Source: an uncultured Syntrophaceae bacterium (GTDB taxonomy: Bacteria > Desulfobacterota > Syntrophia > Syntrophales > UBA5619). From it: a DNA stretch of 64,000 bases. Below, in pieces: positions 35,655 to 44,622 of the stretch; position 1 is the first letter of the stretch; every line of letters starts with the position of its first letter. Both the position numbers and the translations under genes were made by a program. The notes under the pieces were generated by a model. It saw nothing but the letters and a program-made list of their open reading frames with translations. It was not told the DNA's origin and searched no databases. The stretch is taken from contig CAZWTL010000001.1 in assembly GCA_964637025.1 (NCBI GenBank), positions 9,394 to 73,393 of the forward strand. The letters run 5' to 3'.

Positions 35655-36846
35655 AACCATCATCAAGAGATTGTTGGAACTACCCACCGCGCCGACCACG
35701 ATTGGCACCATGGCCTGGAATCTGACGGGCGACTGGCGCTACGTCACGCCGCTGGTCGCCGATAAGCTGGCGCCCTGCAGCCAGAGCTGCCCGGCGGGCA
35801 TTCCGATTCCACGCCATCTGGGCGCTGTGAGCCACGGGGACTTTGAAGGCGCACTTACCCTGTTGTTTGCCCATAACCCTTTGCCCGGCCTGACCGGTCG
35901 CCTATGTTATCACCCCTGCCAGACCCAGTGTGTTCGCCGGAAAATCGACCGGATGATACCGATCCAGGAGTTGGAACGGTTTTTGGGTGATCTCGCTACA
36001 GACATAAGCATTGAGAAGGGTGACAAGACGTGTCTACGGGTCACGTTTATCGGGTCCGGTCCTCTGGGGCTCTCCTGTGCCTTCTATTTGGGTTGTCAGG
36101 GATACGAAGTCACCATTCTGGACCCATTCCAGAAGGCGGGGGGAGGGCTTGCCGCTCTTCCGCCGGAGAAGATTGAGCCGCGGGTGCTGTCGCACGAAAT
36201 CGACCGTTTGATCCGCCTTGGCGGTATCAGGTATGAAGCCAACGTAGCGATCGATTCCACCGACCTCGGTCAAGCGACATCAAAAGCGGACCTGGTCATT
36301 CTGGACCCGACGGGACTTTCTGCCGACTTTTGTCAACCTGCCGGTACGGTCGCCTGTGACCCTTTTGACGATGAGGTCGTCACCGGCGGGATGGTCTCCG
36401 TCCAATTGCCCAAAATCCTCACACCCTTTAAGGCGCCTATGATCGCCCACTACATTGCAGCAGGACGCTTAATGGCCCGGAAGGTGGTCGATGGTTTGAA
36501 CCTGGAAGGGTCCGAAAAGCCGATCCCAAAACCTCCCCTCCGGGCCGTGGAGATTGAAAATATCCGAATCGACCGTTTTTGCGCCGTTGGTCCTCCCATT
36601 GAGGAGGCCGCCGAGCAGGATGGAATAAGGGACCGGAAGTGGGCGACGCGTGAAGCCGGGCGCTGCCTCTCCTGCGGGACCTGCAACCTCTGTCTGCAAT
36701 GTGTCACCTATTGTCCCGATGCCAGTATCCGGCAGGATGGAGAGAAAGCCACGGTTGCGGTCGACTTGGACCACTGCAAGGGATGCGGCATCTGTGCCTA
36801 TGAGTGCCCCCGGGGGGTCATTACCATGGAGGATATGAACCTATGA
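35644..36846 (+). CDS. OFOR delta-type 2x[4Fe-4S] ferredoxin fused to a truncated GltD-like Fe-S/FAD module
   Basis: The N-terminus has CSQSCPAGIPIP...CYHPCQTQC (a GltD/DPD-type cluster domain). It has a single dinucleotide motif, FIGSGPLGLSCA...ILD. The C-terminus has CLSCGTCNLCLQCVTYCP and CKGCGICAYECP. It occupies the porD slot between the gamma and alpha genes. Confidence 0.7.
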   Translation: MQTKTIIKRLLELPTAPTTIGTMAWNLTGDWRYVTPLVADKLAPCSQSCPAGIPIPRHLGAVSHGDFEGALTLLFAHNPLPGLTGRLCYHPCQTQCVRRKIDRMIPIQELERFLGDLATDISIEKGDKTCLRVTFIGSGPLGLSCAFYLGCQGYEVTILDPFQKAGGGLAALPPEKIEPRVLSHEIDRLIRLGGIRYEANVAIDSTDLGQATSKADLVILDPTGLSADFCQPAGTVACDPFDDEVVTGGMVSVQLPKILTPFKAPMIAHYIAAGRLMARKVVDGLNLEGSEKPIPKPPLRAVEIENIRIDRFCAVGPPIEEAAEQDGIRDRKWATREAGRCLSCGTCNLCLQCVTYCPDASIRQDGEKATVAVDLDHCKGCGICAYECPRGVITMEDMNL

Positions 36847-38006
36847 AGAAAGTCATGATGGGGACCGAAGCCGCTACGATGGCCGCGAAACTGGCCCGTG
36901 TGCAAGTGGTTTCGGCGTATCCGATCACCCCACAGACCGTCATCGTCGAGAGCCTCGCCGACATCATCGGCCGGGGGGAACTGAAGGCCAAATACCTGCC
37001 TGTGGAGTCCGAGCACACGGCCATGTCCGCCTGCATGGGCGCGGCCCTGGCGGGCGCCAGGGCCTTTACGGCCACCTCCTCGCAGGGGCTGGCCTACATG
37101 CATGAAATGCTTCATTTTACCGCCGGCGAGCGGGTCCCGGTTGTCATGGCCAACTGCAACCGCGCCATGGCCCCCCCCTGGAACCTCTATTGCGATCATA
37201 CGGATTCGCTTTCCCAGCGGGATACGGGCTGGATCCAATATTACGCCGCCGATGCACAGGACGTGCTTGACGCCATCTTGATCGCCTATGCGGTTGCCGA
37301 AGAGGCGCTGTTGCCGGTCATGGTCAACCTGGACGCCTTCTATTTGACCCACACCTCCGAGCTTCTAGACGTGCCGGATCAGGAAACGGTGGATCTTTTT
37401 CTTCCCCCCTATCAGGCGCCGACCAAGGTGGATGTGCACGATCCCAAGACCTTCAGCATCGTATGCGGAGCGGATCTCTTCAGCTCCATCAAGTACAAGC
37501 GCCAGATCGATACCCTGGCGGTGCCGCGGCTCTGGGACCAGACCGCTGAAAGATTCAACCGCCACTTCAACCGGCTGCACAAGACCGTGGAGGCGTACCG
37601 CATGGAAGATGCCGAACTGTGCATCATCAGCATCGGTACGGCCGCCGGCACCATTCGCTTGGCGGTCGATCGGTTGCGGGAAGAGGGATTGAAGATCGGC
37701 AGTCTGCGGCTTGCGATGATCCGGCCTTTTCCGGTTGAAGGTTTGCAGCAGGAGACGGCAAGGGTCAAACATGTGGTCGTCATCGATCGCGATGTCTCAT
37801 TCGGTGCGGAAGGGATCGTGGCCCAGGAGGTGAAAGCGGCCCTCTTCGAGCGCCGGGGGGATCTGAAAGTCACAGGCTTTGTGGCGGGTGTCGGCGGGAA
37901 TGACGTCACTGCCGATACGATCATTCCCCTGGTGCAACAGGCGATATCCGGAAACGGAAACGCCGTCGAAGCCGGGACATCGCTATGGGCGGAGGTGTTG
38001 CCATGA
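36843..38006 (+). CDS. 2-oxoacid:ferredoxin oxidoreductase, alpha subunit
   Basis: It contains ...VVSAYPITPQT... and has typical POR/VOR alpha layout. The start overlaps the upstream stop (ATGA). Confidence 0.85.
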   Translation: MKKVMMGTEAATMAAKLARVQVVSAYPITPQTVIVESLADIIGRGELKAKYLPVESEHTAMSACMGAALAGARAFTATSSQGLAYMHEMLHFTAGERVPVVMANCNRAMAPPWNLYCDHTDSLSQRDTGWIQYYAADAQDVLDAILIAYAVAEEALLPVMVNLDAFYLTHTSELLDVPDQETVDLFLPPYQAPTKVDVHDPKTFSIVCGADLFSSIKYKRQIDTLAVPRLWDQTAERFNRHFNRLHKTVEAYRMEDAELCIISIGTAAGTIRLAVDRLREEGLKIGSLRLAMIRPFPVEGLQQETARVKHVVVIDRDVSFGAEGIVAQEVKAALFERRGDLKVTGFVAGVGGNDVTADTIIPLVQQAISGNGNAVEAGTSLWAEVLP

Positions 38007-38887
38007 GTGAACAGATCCAGGCCAAGAGAGAACTGTTCGTGCCGGGCCACTACGGGTGTCCCGGATGCGGCGCCACCGTGGCCATGAAGCAGACGCTGGA
38101 GGCGCTCGGCGAGGATACGATCGTGGTGATGACGGCCGGATGCTGGTCGAGTCTGATCGGGATTTATCCCTACACTTGCCTGACCGTGCCGGTGGTTTCA
38201 GTCGCCTTTGGAGCCACAGCCTCCGTCGCCGCCGGGATCAAGGCCGGGCTGACCATTCTGGGAAACGATCACACGACGGTCCTGGCCTTTGCCGGCGATG
38301 GCGGCACCTTCGATATCGGATTTCAGCCGCTTTCGGGGGTGGTGGAACGAAACGACGACATCCTTTTCGTCTGCTACGACAACGAAGCCTACATGAACAC
38401 GGGCATCCAGCGCTCCTCGGCGACACCGGCCGGCGGATGGACCACTACGACACCGGATTCGGCCCGGAAGGGCCAACGGAAGAAAAACATGGTGGAAATC
38501 ATGGCGGCCCACCGAATCCCCTATGCGGCTACGGCCAGCATCGGCGCACCCGAGGATCTCAAAGAAAAACTTCAAAGGGCAAAAGAAATAAAAGGTTCAC
38601 GCTTCATCCACCTGTTTGCTTCCTGCCCAACGGGTTGGAGACACGCCACGGAACTCTCCATCGAGGTTGCAAGGCAGGCCATCAAAACCCGCGTGTTTCC
38701 GCTTTACGAGGTGTTCGACGGGGAGACCTGGAAGCTCAGTGCCATGCCCGAAAAGGAGGAGGTGGGCGGTTACCTGAAACCCCAGGGCCGGTTCAGGAAG
38801 ATGTCCATCGAGGAACAGAAAATATTCCAGAAACAGGTGGACGATGACTGGCAACGACTGGTGAAAAAGTCCGGCTCCACAGGATGA
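38003..38887 (+). CDS. 2-oxoacid:ferredoxin oxidoreductase, beta (TPP-binding) subunit
   Basis: It has CPGCG near the N-terminus and GDGG...YDNEAYMNTG (the TPP motif). The start overlaps the upstream stop (ATGA). Confidence 0.85.
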   Translation: MSEQIQAKRELFVPGHYGCPGCGATVAMKQTLEALGEDTIVVMTAGCWSSLIGIYPYTCLTVPVVSVAFGATASVAAGIKAGLTILGNDHTTVLAFAGDGGTFDIGFQPLSGVVERNDDILFVCYDNEAYMNTGIQRSSATPAGGWTTTTPDSARKGQRKKNMVEIMAAHRIPYAATASIGAPEDLKEKLQRAKEIKGSRFIHLFASCPTGWRHATELSIEVARQAIKTRVFPLYEVFDGETWKLSAMPEKEEVGGYLKPQGRFRKMSIEEQKIFQKQVDDDWQRLVKKSGSTG

Positions 38888-38900
38888 GAGGGATACGATC

Positions 38901-40376
38901 ATGATGACAGCGCAGCAGTACGAGGAGAGCCTCAGGAAACTGAAACTGGAAGTGTACCTGTTTGGACGGAAGATCACGAATGTGGTGGACGATCCGATTA
39001 TCCGGCCCTCGATGAATGCCGTAGCCGCCACCTACGAACTGGCCCAGCGGCCGGATTGTGCGGAACTGATGACCGCCGTATCGCATCTGACCGGCAAGAG
39101 GATCAACCGTTTCTGCCATATTCACCAGAGCGTTGATGACCTGGTCAAGAAAAGCAAGATGGGACGGATGCTGGGAGGCCACACGGCCTGCTGCTTCCAG
39201 CGCTGCGTGGGGATGGACGCGCTCAACGCGCTTTCCATCGTCACGTATGACATCGACGCCAAATTCGGCACGAAATACAACGAGCGCTTCCTCAAATTCC
39301 TGGCCTATGTGCAGGAAAACGATCTGACCTGCGACGGCGCCATGACGGATCCCAAGGGGGACAGAAACCTCGCCCCCCACCAGCAGACCGACCCGGATCT
39401 GTATCTGCATGTGGTGGAGGAAAGATCCGACGGCATTGTGGTGAGCGGGGCGAAGTCTCACCAGACCGGCGCGGTGAACTCCCATGAAATCATCGTCATG
39501 CCGACCATCGCCATGCGTGCGGATGACAAGGACTATGCGATTTCCTTTGCCTTACCGAGCGATACGCAGGGGATCGTTTATATCATCGGACGGCAGTCCT
39601 GCGACACCCGGAAACTCGAAGCGGGCCGCATGGATATCGGCAACCCGTTCTTCGGCGGGCATGAGGCGCTGGTGGTCTTCGACCGGGTGTTCGTTCCCTG
39701 GGAGAGGGTCTTCATGTACAAGGAGTACGAGTTTGCCGGGTCCCTGGTAGAAAAATTCGCCTCCTACCACCGCCAGAGCTATGCCTGCAAGGTCGGGGTC
39801 AGTGACGTGCTGATCGGCGCGTCGCAGACCATCGCCGAATATAACGGGGCAGCCAAGGCGTCCCACATCAAGGACAAGATCGTTGAGATGAACCAGTTGA
39901 ACGAGACGCTCTATTGCGGCTGCATCGCCTGCGCCTCGGAGGGTTGCCGGGAGCCCAGCGGAACCTACTGCGTGGATCCGCTTCTGGCGAACGTGCACAA
40001 ACAGAACGTCACCCGGTTCCCCTACGAGATCGCCCGCCTCGCCCAGGACATCGCCGGGGGCCTGATGGTCACTCTGCCTTCGGAGGCGGATCTCCGTTCG
40101 CCGGAGGTCGGAAAGTGGGTTGAGAAGTTCTGCAAGGGCGTCGAGGGCGTCCCGGTTGAGGACCGGATGCGCATCCTGCGGCTGATCGAAAACCTCACGC
40201 TGGGGACCGCCGCCGTGGGCTACCTCACAGAATCGATGCACGGCGCCGGTTCCCCCCAGGCCCAGCGGATCATGATCGCCCGCCTGGTCGACCTGAAGGC
40301 CAAGCAGCGCAAGGCCAAGAGGCTCTGCGGCATCGGTGAGGAATCCAGTGGGATCCAAATTGAGGCCAAGCCTTGA
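38901..40376 (+). CDS. 4-hydroxybutyryl-CoA dehydratase/vinylacetyl-CoA isomerase (AbfD)-like protein of the HpaB/AbfD family
   Basis: It is 491 aa, with a CCFQRC (CxxxC) motif and downstream YHRQSYAC His/Cys candidates consistent with the AbfD Fe-S branch rather than flavin monooxygenases. Confidence 0.7.
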   Translation: MMTAQQYEESLRKLKLEVYLFGRKITNVVDDPIIRPSMNAVAATYELAQRPDCAELMTAVSHLTGKRINRFCHIHQSVDDLVKKSKMGRMLGGHTACCFQRCVGMDALNALSIVTYDIDAKFGTKYNERFLKFLAYVQENDLTCDGAMTDPKGDRNLAPHQQTDPDLYLHVVEERSDGIVVSGAKSHQTGAVNSHEIIVMPTIAMRADDKDYAISFALPSDTQGIVYIIGRQSCDTRKLEAGRMDIGNPFFGGHEALVVFDRVFVPWERVFMYKEYEFAGSLVEKFASYHRQSYACKVGVSDVLIGASQTIAEYNGAAKASHIKDKIVEMNQLNETLYCGCIACASEGCREPSGTYCVDPLLANVHKQNVTRFPYEIARLAQDIAGGLMVTLPSEADLRSPEVGKWVEKFCKGVEGVPVEDRMRILRLIENLTLGTAAVGYLTESMHGAGSPQAQRIMIARLVDLKAKQRKAKRLCGIGEESSGIQIEAKP

Positions 40377-40640
40377 TAAGCAGTTTGATCCGCTGAACAG
40401 CTATCCTGACGGGTGTGATTGAAGATTATATCATGGGAGGTTTGAAAGAAAAGTTGCATTTACACTGATATCTTCTGAATCGAGGCGGCTCATCGCAAAA
40501 GGTATTTTTCGTTCCTGATGGTTTTCTTGGAAGATACGAAAAGAACAGATAACGACCCGGTACCGGAAGGGCATCGTTTATCGCATATCGGAAGAGATCA
40601 AGGGGATATTCCCTGTAAATAAAAGCAAAGGATTGATTAG

Positions 40641-41942
40641 ATGCCTCAGCTGCAGACGGGATTGCTGGATCCGGCCGTAAAAGATGAATTGTCCCGTTGC
40701 CTGCACTGCGGCATGTGTCTGCAGTTCTGTCCGACATACCACATTTACGGCACGGAAATGGATTCTCCCCGGGGGCGCATCGCCCTGATGCGGGCCGTTG
40801 CCAAGGGACGGTTGAAGGTGGACGACCTGCCGCCGTCTTTCACCCGCCACATCGAGCTTTGCCTGGGGTGCCGGGCCTGTGAAACGGCCTGCCCCTCCGC
40901 GGTAAAGTACGGCCACCTGATCAAGGCGGCCCAAGCGACCATTCGCGAGCAGAGGAAAGAGAGCTGGCTGGCGCAGAGGATGAAATGGCTGGGTTTCAGA
41001 CAGCTGATGCCCTTTCGCGAACGCCTCAAGGTATTGGCTTCGGTGCTCTGGCTGTATGAGAGCAGCGGTTTGCAGACCCTCTTTCGATCTCTGCGCTTCA
41101 TGCCGGAGTCGCTGCGGCAGATGGAACGGCTCCTGCCCCCCATATCCCGGGAATATTTCGATTATGCCATTCCTGCACCGGCCATGGGCAAAAAGCGGGG
41201 TAAGGTGGCCTTCTTTATCGGCTGCGTCCAGGAGGCCTTTCTGGCCAAGGCCAACCGCGCCACCATCCGCGTTCTGCAGCGTAACGGCTACGAGGTGCAT
41301 TTCCCGGCCCAGCAGACCTGTTGCGGGGCCGCGCAGCTGCACCTGGGCGAATTCGATTTTGCGCGCGAGCTGGCCCGCAAGAACATCGACGCTTTTCTGG
41401 ACCAGGGTTTTGAAGCGGTGATCAGCAATGCCGGCGGGTGCGGCGCCACCCTGAAAGAGGAGTACGAGTCGCTCTTTTCGGCAGATCCGGCCTCTGCGGC
41501 GCGGGCCGCCCGTTTTTCGGCCCTGGTGCAGGATTTCAGCGAATTCATGCTGGATCACCTGCACGAACCTCCCGCCGGGATGGTCAAGGCCTGCGCCGTC
41601 TATTCCGATTCCTGCCACCTCCGCCACGTTCAGAAGGTCAAGAAGCAGCCACGCCAATTGCTCCGGATGATTCCCGGGCTGGCGCTGGTGGAGCTGCAAC
41701 ATCCCGATCTTTGCTGCGGTTCTGCCGGGGTCTACAACATCATGCACCCGCAAACCGCCAACCCCATCCTCGATCTGAAGATGGCGGAGATCAGGGCGGC
41801 CAAAGCCGATCTCCTGATTGTGAGCAACACGGGTTGCCACATGCAGCTGATCGCGGGTAGCGAACGGTCTAACTACCCCATAAGGGTGCTCCATATCGCC
41901 GAAGTTATGGAAGAATCTTACACCATGGGAAGCCGGGGATGA
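40641..41942 (+). CDS. GlcF/LutA-like iron-sulfur protein (2x 4Fe-4S motifs + two CCG domains)
   Basis: It has CLHCGMCLQFCP and CLGCRACETACP, followed by Cys-rich CCG-type repeats (...QTCCGA..., ...DLCCGSAG...). Confidence 0.8.
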   Translation: MPQLQTGLLDPAVKDELSRCLHCGMCLQFCPTYHIYGTEMDSPRGRIALMRAVAKGRLKVDDLPPSFTRHIELCLGCRACETACPSAVKYGHLIKAAQATIREQRKESWLAQRMKWLGFRQLMPFRERLKVLASVLWLYESSGLQTLFRSLRFMPESLRQMERLLPPISREYFDYAIPAPAMGKKRGKVAFFIGCVQEAFLAKANRATIRVLQRNGYEVHFPAQQTCCGAAQLHLGEFDFARELARKNIDAFLDQGFEAVISNAGGCGATLKEEYESLFSADPASAARAARFSALVQDFSEFMLDHLHEPPAGMVKACAVYSDSCHLRHVQKVKKQPRQLLRMIPGLALVELQHPDLCCGSAGVYNIMHPQTANPILDLKMAEIRAAKADLLIVSNTGCHMQLIAGSERSNYPIRVLHIAEVMEESYTMGSRG

Positions 41943-44467
41943 GTCAACCTGAGGATCACATCGCATCTTTAATGAGTCTGTTCCCGGCCGGTCAGGTGAT
42001 CGCCGATCCGGTGGAACTGATCACCTACGAAGTCGATGCCGGCGTGGATCGGCAAAAGCCTTTGGCGGTCGTGTTTCCGGCCGCGACAGAGGATGTCGTT
42101 CGCGTCGTGGCGTGGTGCCGCGACCACGGGATCTCCATCGCGGCCCGCGGCGCGGGGACCTGTCTTTCCGGGGGGGCCATTTCGGCAAAGGGTGGGCTGA
42201 TCCTAGAATTTTCGCGGATGAAGGAGATCCAGCAAATCGATGAAACGGGTCTGCGGGCGCGATTCCAGCCCGGTGTGATCACGCAATTTTTCTCTAACGC
42301 CGTCGCCGAGAAGGGTTTGTATTACCCTCCCGACCCGGGTAGCGACCGTTCGGCGACCCTCGGCGGGACCATCGCGGAAAACGCCGGCGGGCCTCACTGT
42401 CTCAAGTACGGGGTCACAACCAACTACGTGATGGGGATGGAAGCGGTCCTTTCGGATGGCGAATGCGTCACCCTGGGGGGGCCTGCGCTCGATGTTCCGG
42501 GGATCGACCTGCCCGGCCTGCTGACCGGCAATGAAGGCACATTGGCGATGATCACCAGCGCCACGGTCCGGCTGCTCAGGAAGCCGCCCGCGGTGATGAC
42601 CATGATGGCGGCTTTCGGTTCCGTGGATCTGGCCTGTGCGGCGGTCTCGGCGATCATTGCCAGCGGCATCATTCCGGCCACGCTGGAGTTGATGGATCAG
42701 AAGATCATGGAGATCCTGGAGGCCTATACGCATGCGGGTCTGCCCGTACAGGCCGGAGCGGCGTTGATTATCGAAGTGGACGGCTATGGGGCTGGCCTGC
42801 AGCCCCAGATCGATCAGATCATCGCCATCATCGAGCGATTCAACGCCTTTGGCTTGCGCAGCACACAGGAGGAAGAGGAAAGGGCGGCGATATGGTTTGC
42901 CCGGAAAAGCACGGCCGGTTCCATGGCCAGACTGGCACCCGCTTTTTTGGCGGTGGATCCCACCGTCCCCCGATCCCTGCTGGGGGAAGCCCTGTGTCGC
43001 ATGACGAAGATCTGTGAAGCAAGGGGCCTGCCGGCCTATTACGTTTCCCACGCCGGGGACGGCAATCTCCATCCCCATATCCTCATCGCCGATGCCGACG
43101 ATGAGAAGCTCTTGGATCATGTTCGTGAAACAGGAAGACTCATGATGCAGGAAGCGGTCCGTATGGGCGGCACCATATCGGGCGAGCACGGCGTCGGGGT
43201 TGAAAAGCGCGAATTCATGAATTTCATGCATACCCCCGACGAGCTTTCGGCGATGAGGGACCTCAAGGCCGTATTCGATCCGCAGAATCGATTCAACCCG
43301 GACAAAATGTTCCCGACCACGGAGCCGGAGCCGGATCTCATCCCGCAACGCCAGGTTCTCCCGGCCGTACAGGCCATGGCGGATCAGATCCGGATCGCGG
43401 CCCAATCCGTTCCCCCGGCCAGGGTGCACCTTGGCCGGATGCCTGCGCCCGACGGCGTTTCGGCTCCCGGGGATCTGCTCCTCTCAAGTCAGACCCTGGA
43501 CGGCGTCATATCCTTTGTCCCGGATGACATGTACGTCGTTGCGGGCGCCGGTACATCGTTGCAGGGGTTGCGCCGATTTCTCATAGCAAAGGAGCGGTAT
43601 CTTCCCCTGATTTCCCCCTGGGACGAGACAACCCTCGGCGGGCTTGTGGCCGCCAACCTCAACGCCCCGCTGCGCACCCGTTATGGGGGGATCAGAGACC
43701 TCCTGCTCTGCCTGACCGTGATCCTGCCGGACGGGCGGGTCATCGATGCCGGGAAACCGCTGGTCAAGAATGTTGCCGGCTACGATTTGCCAAAATTGTT
43801 TGTCGGGTCCTTCGGCTCCCTGGGGATGATCGCGAGCGTGACGTTCAAGGTGCGTGCGTTCCCCAAAGCCCGGGTCACCTGGTCCATCCCTGTTGAGGAT
43901 CCAGCCGAGGCGATCCGGATGGGGTTGTCCCTGTACCGACAAACCATCAACGCTTCGGCCATCCTCTGGATCAAGGAGCAAGGGTCGCTGCCGGGGAAGT
44001 TGATCTGCACCTTCGAAGGGCTGCCTGAAGATATCCGAATCGAGGAGGAGCTTCTTCGACAAATATCATTGGCCCATCACCCTGCAGCCGTTGATGCCGT
44101 CGGGGACCGGGATGGGTCATCGCTCTGGGCGGATTGGGTCCGTTCCGGCTGTGATGCGGGGCCGCTGGTCAAATATGGTGTAGCTCCGGGAGACCTGCTT
44201 GAATTGATCCGCAACCGACCCGATGAAATGGCGTCTAATGCGCTGCTCATCGATATGGCCAACGGCTGTCTTTATCTCGGCGGCGACGACCGGGCCTGTC
44301 TTGCCGGCAGGGCCCTTAAGCGGAATGGCTATGCCATCGACATCAGCAAAACGCCACCCGATCCGAACCGTGTTTTCAAGGAGCCAAGCGGGGCCCGTTT
44401 ATTGTCGGCACTGAAGCGACGCTGGGACTCCTCGGGCAGCTTCAATCCGGACGGGCCGTTGCTTTGA
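41939..44467 (+). CDS. FAD-linked oxidase, fused GlcD-like and GlcE-like modules
   Basis: It is 842 aa. The N-terminal roughly 460 aa is a PCMH-type FAD-binding oxidase (...AARGAGTCLSGGA...GEHGVG...). The C-terminal roughly 360 aa is a second FAD_binding_4-like module (...VVAGAGTSL...GGIRD...). The start overlaps the glcF-like stop. Confidence 0.75.
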   Translation: MSQPEDHIASLMSLFPAGQVIADPVELITYEVDAGVDRQKPLAVVFPAATEDVVRVVAWCRDHGISIAARGAGTCLSGGAISAKGGLILEFSRMKEIQQIDETGLRARFQPGVITQFFSNAVAEKGLYYPPDPGSDRSATLGGTIAENAGGPHCLKYGVTTNYVMGMEAVLSDGECVTLGGPALDVPGIDLPGLLTGNEGTLAMITSATVRLLRKPPAVMTMMAAFGSVDLACAAVSAIIASGIIPATLELMDQKIMEILEAYTHAGLPVQAGAALIIEVDGYGAGLQPQIDQIIAIIERFNAFGLRSTQEEEERAAIWFARKSTAGSMARLAPAFLAVDPTVPRSLLGEALCRMTKICEARGLPAYYVSHAGDGNLHPHILIADADDEKLLDHVRETGRLMMQEAVRMGGTISGEHGVGVEKREFMNFMHTPDELSAMRDLKAVFDPQNRFNPDKMFPTTEPEPDLIPQRQVLPAVQAMADQIRIAAQSVPPARVHLGRMPAPDGVSAPGDLLLSSQTLDGVISFVPDDMYVVAGAGTSLQGLRRFLIAKERYLPLISPWDETTLGGLVAANLNAPLRTRYGGIRDLLLCLTVILPDGRVIDAGKPLVKNVAGYDLPKLFVGSFGSLGMIASVTFKVRAFPKARVTWSIPVEDPAEAIRMGLSLYRQTINASAILWIKEQGSLPGKLICTFEGLPEDIRIEEELLRQISLAHHPAAVDAVGDRDGSSLWADWVRSGCDAGPLVKYGVAPGDLLELIRNRPDEMASNALLIDMANGCLYLGGDDRACLAGRALKRNGYAIDISKTPPDPNRVFKEPSGARLLSALKRRWDSSGSFNPDGPLL

Positions 44468-44622
44468 TCCGCTCGGCACTGCCTGGTTGAGAAAGAACAG
44501 AGGGAAAGGAGGCGATCGGCTATTTCTTGGGGAGTGTAGGGGGAAAAGCAGAAGGGATGGAGAGGGTTCGTCCCGAAGTGCGATTTTGTCAAACCAAATC
44601 CAACAGCAGGAGGGAGGAAGGT

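Noticed and set aside
40430-40465. An 11-codon mini-ORF (MGGLKEKLHLH) lies in the lower-GC spacer before the glcF-like gene.
   Set aside because: It is too short and has no supporting RBS or conservation evidence. It is most likely chance.
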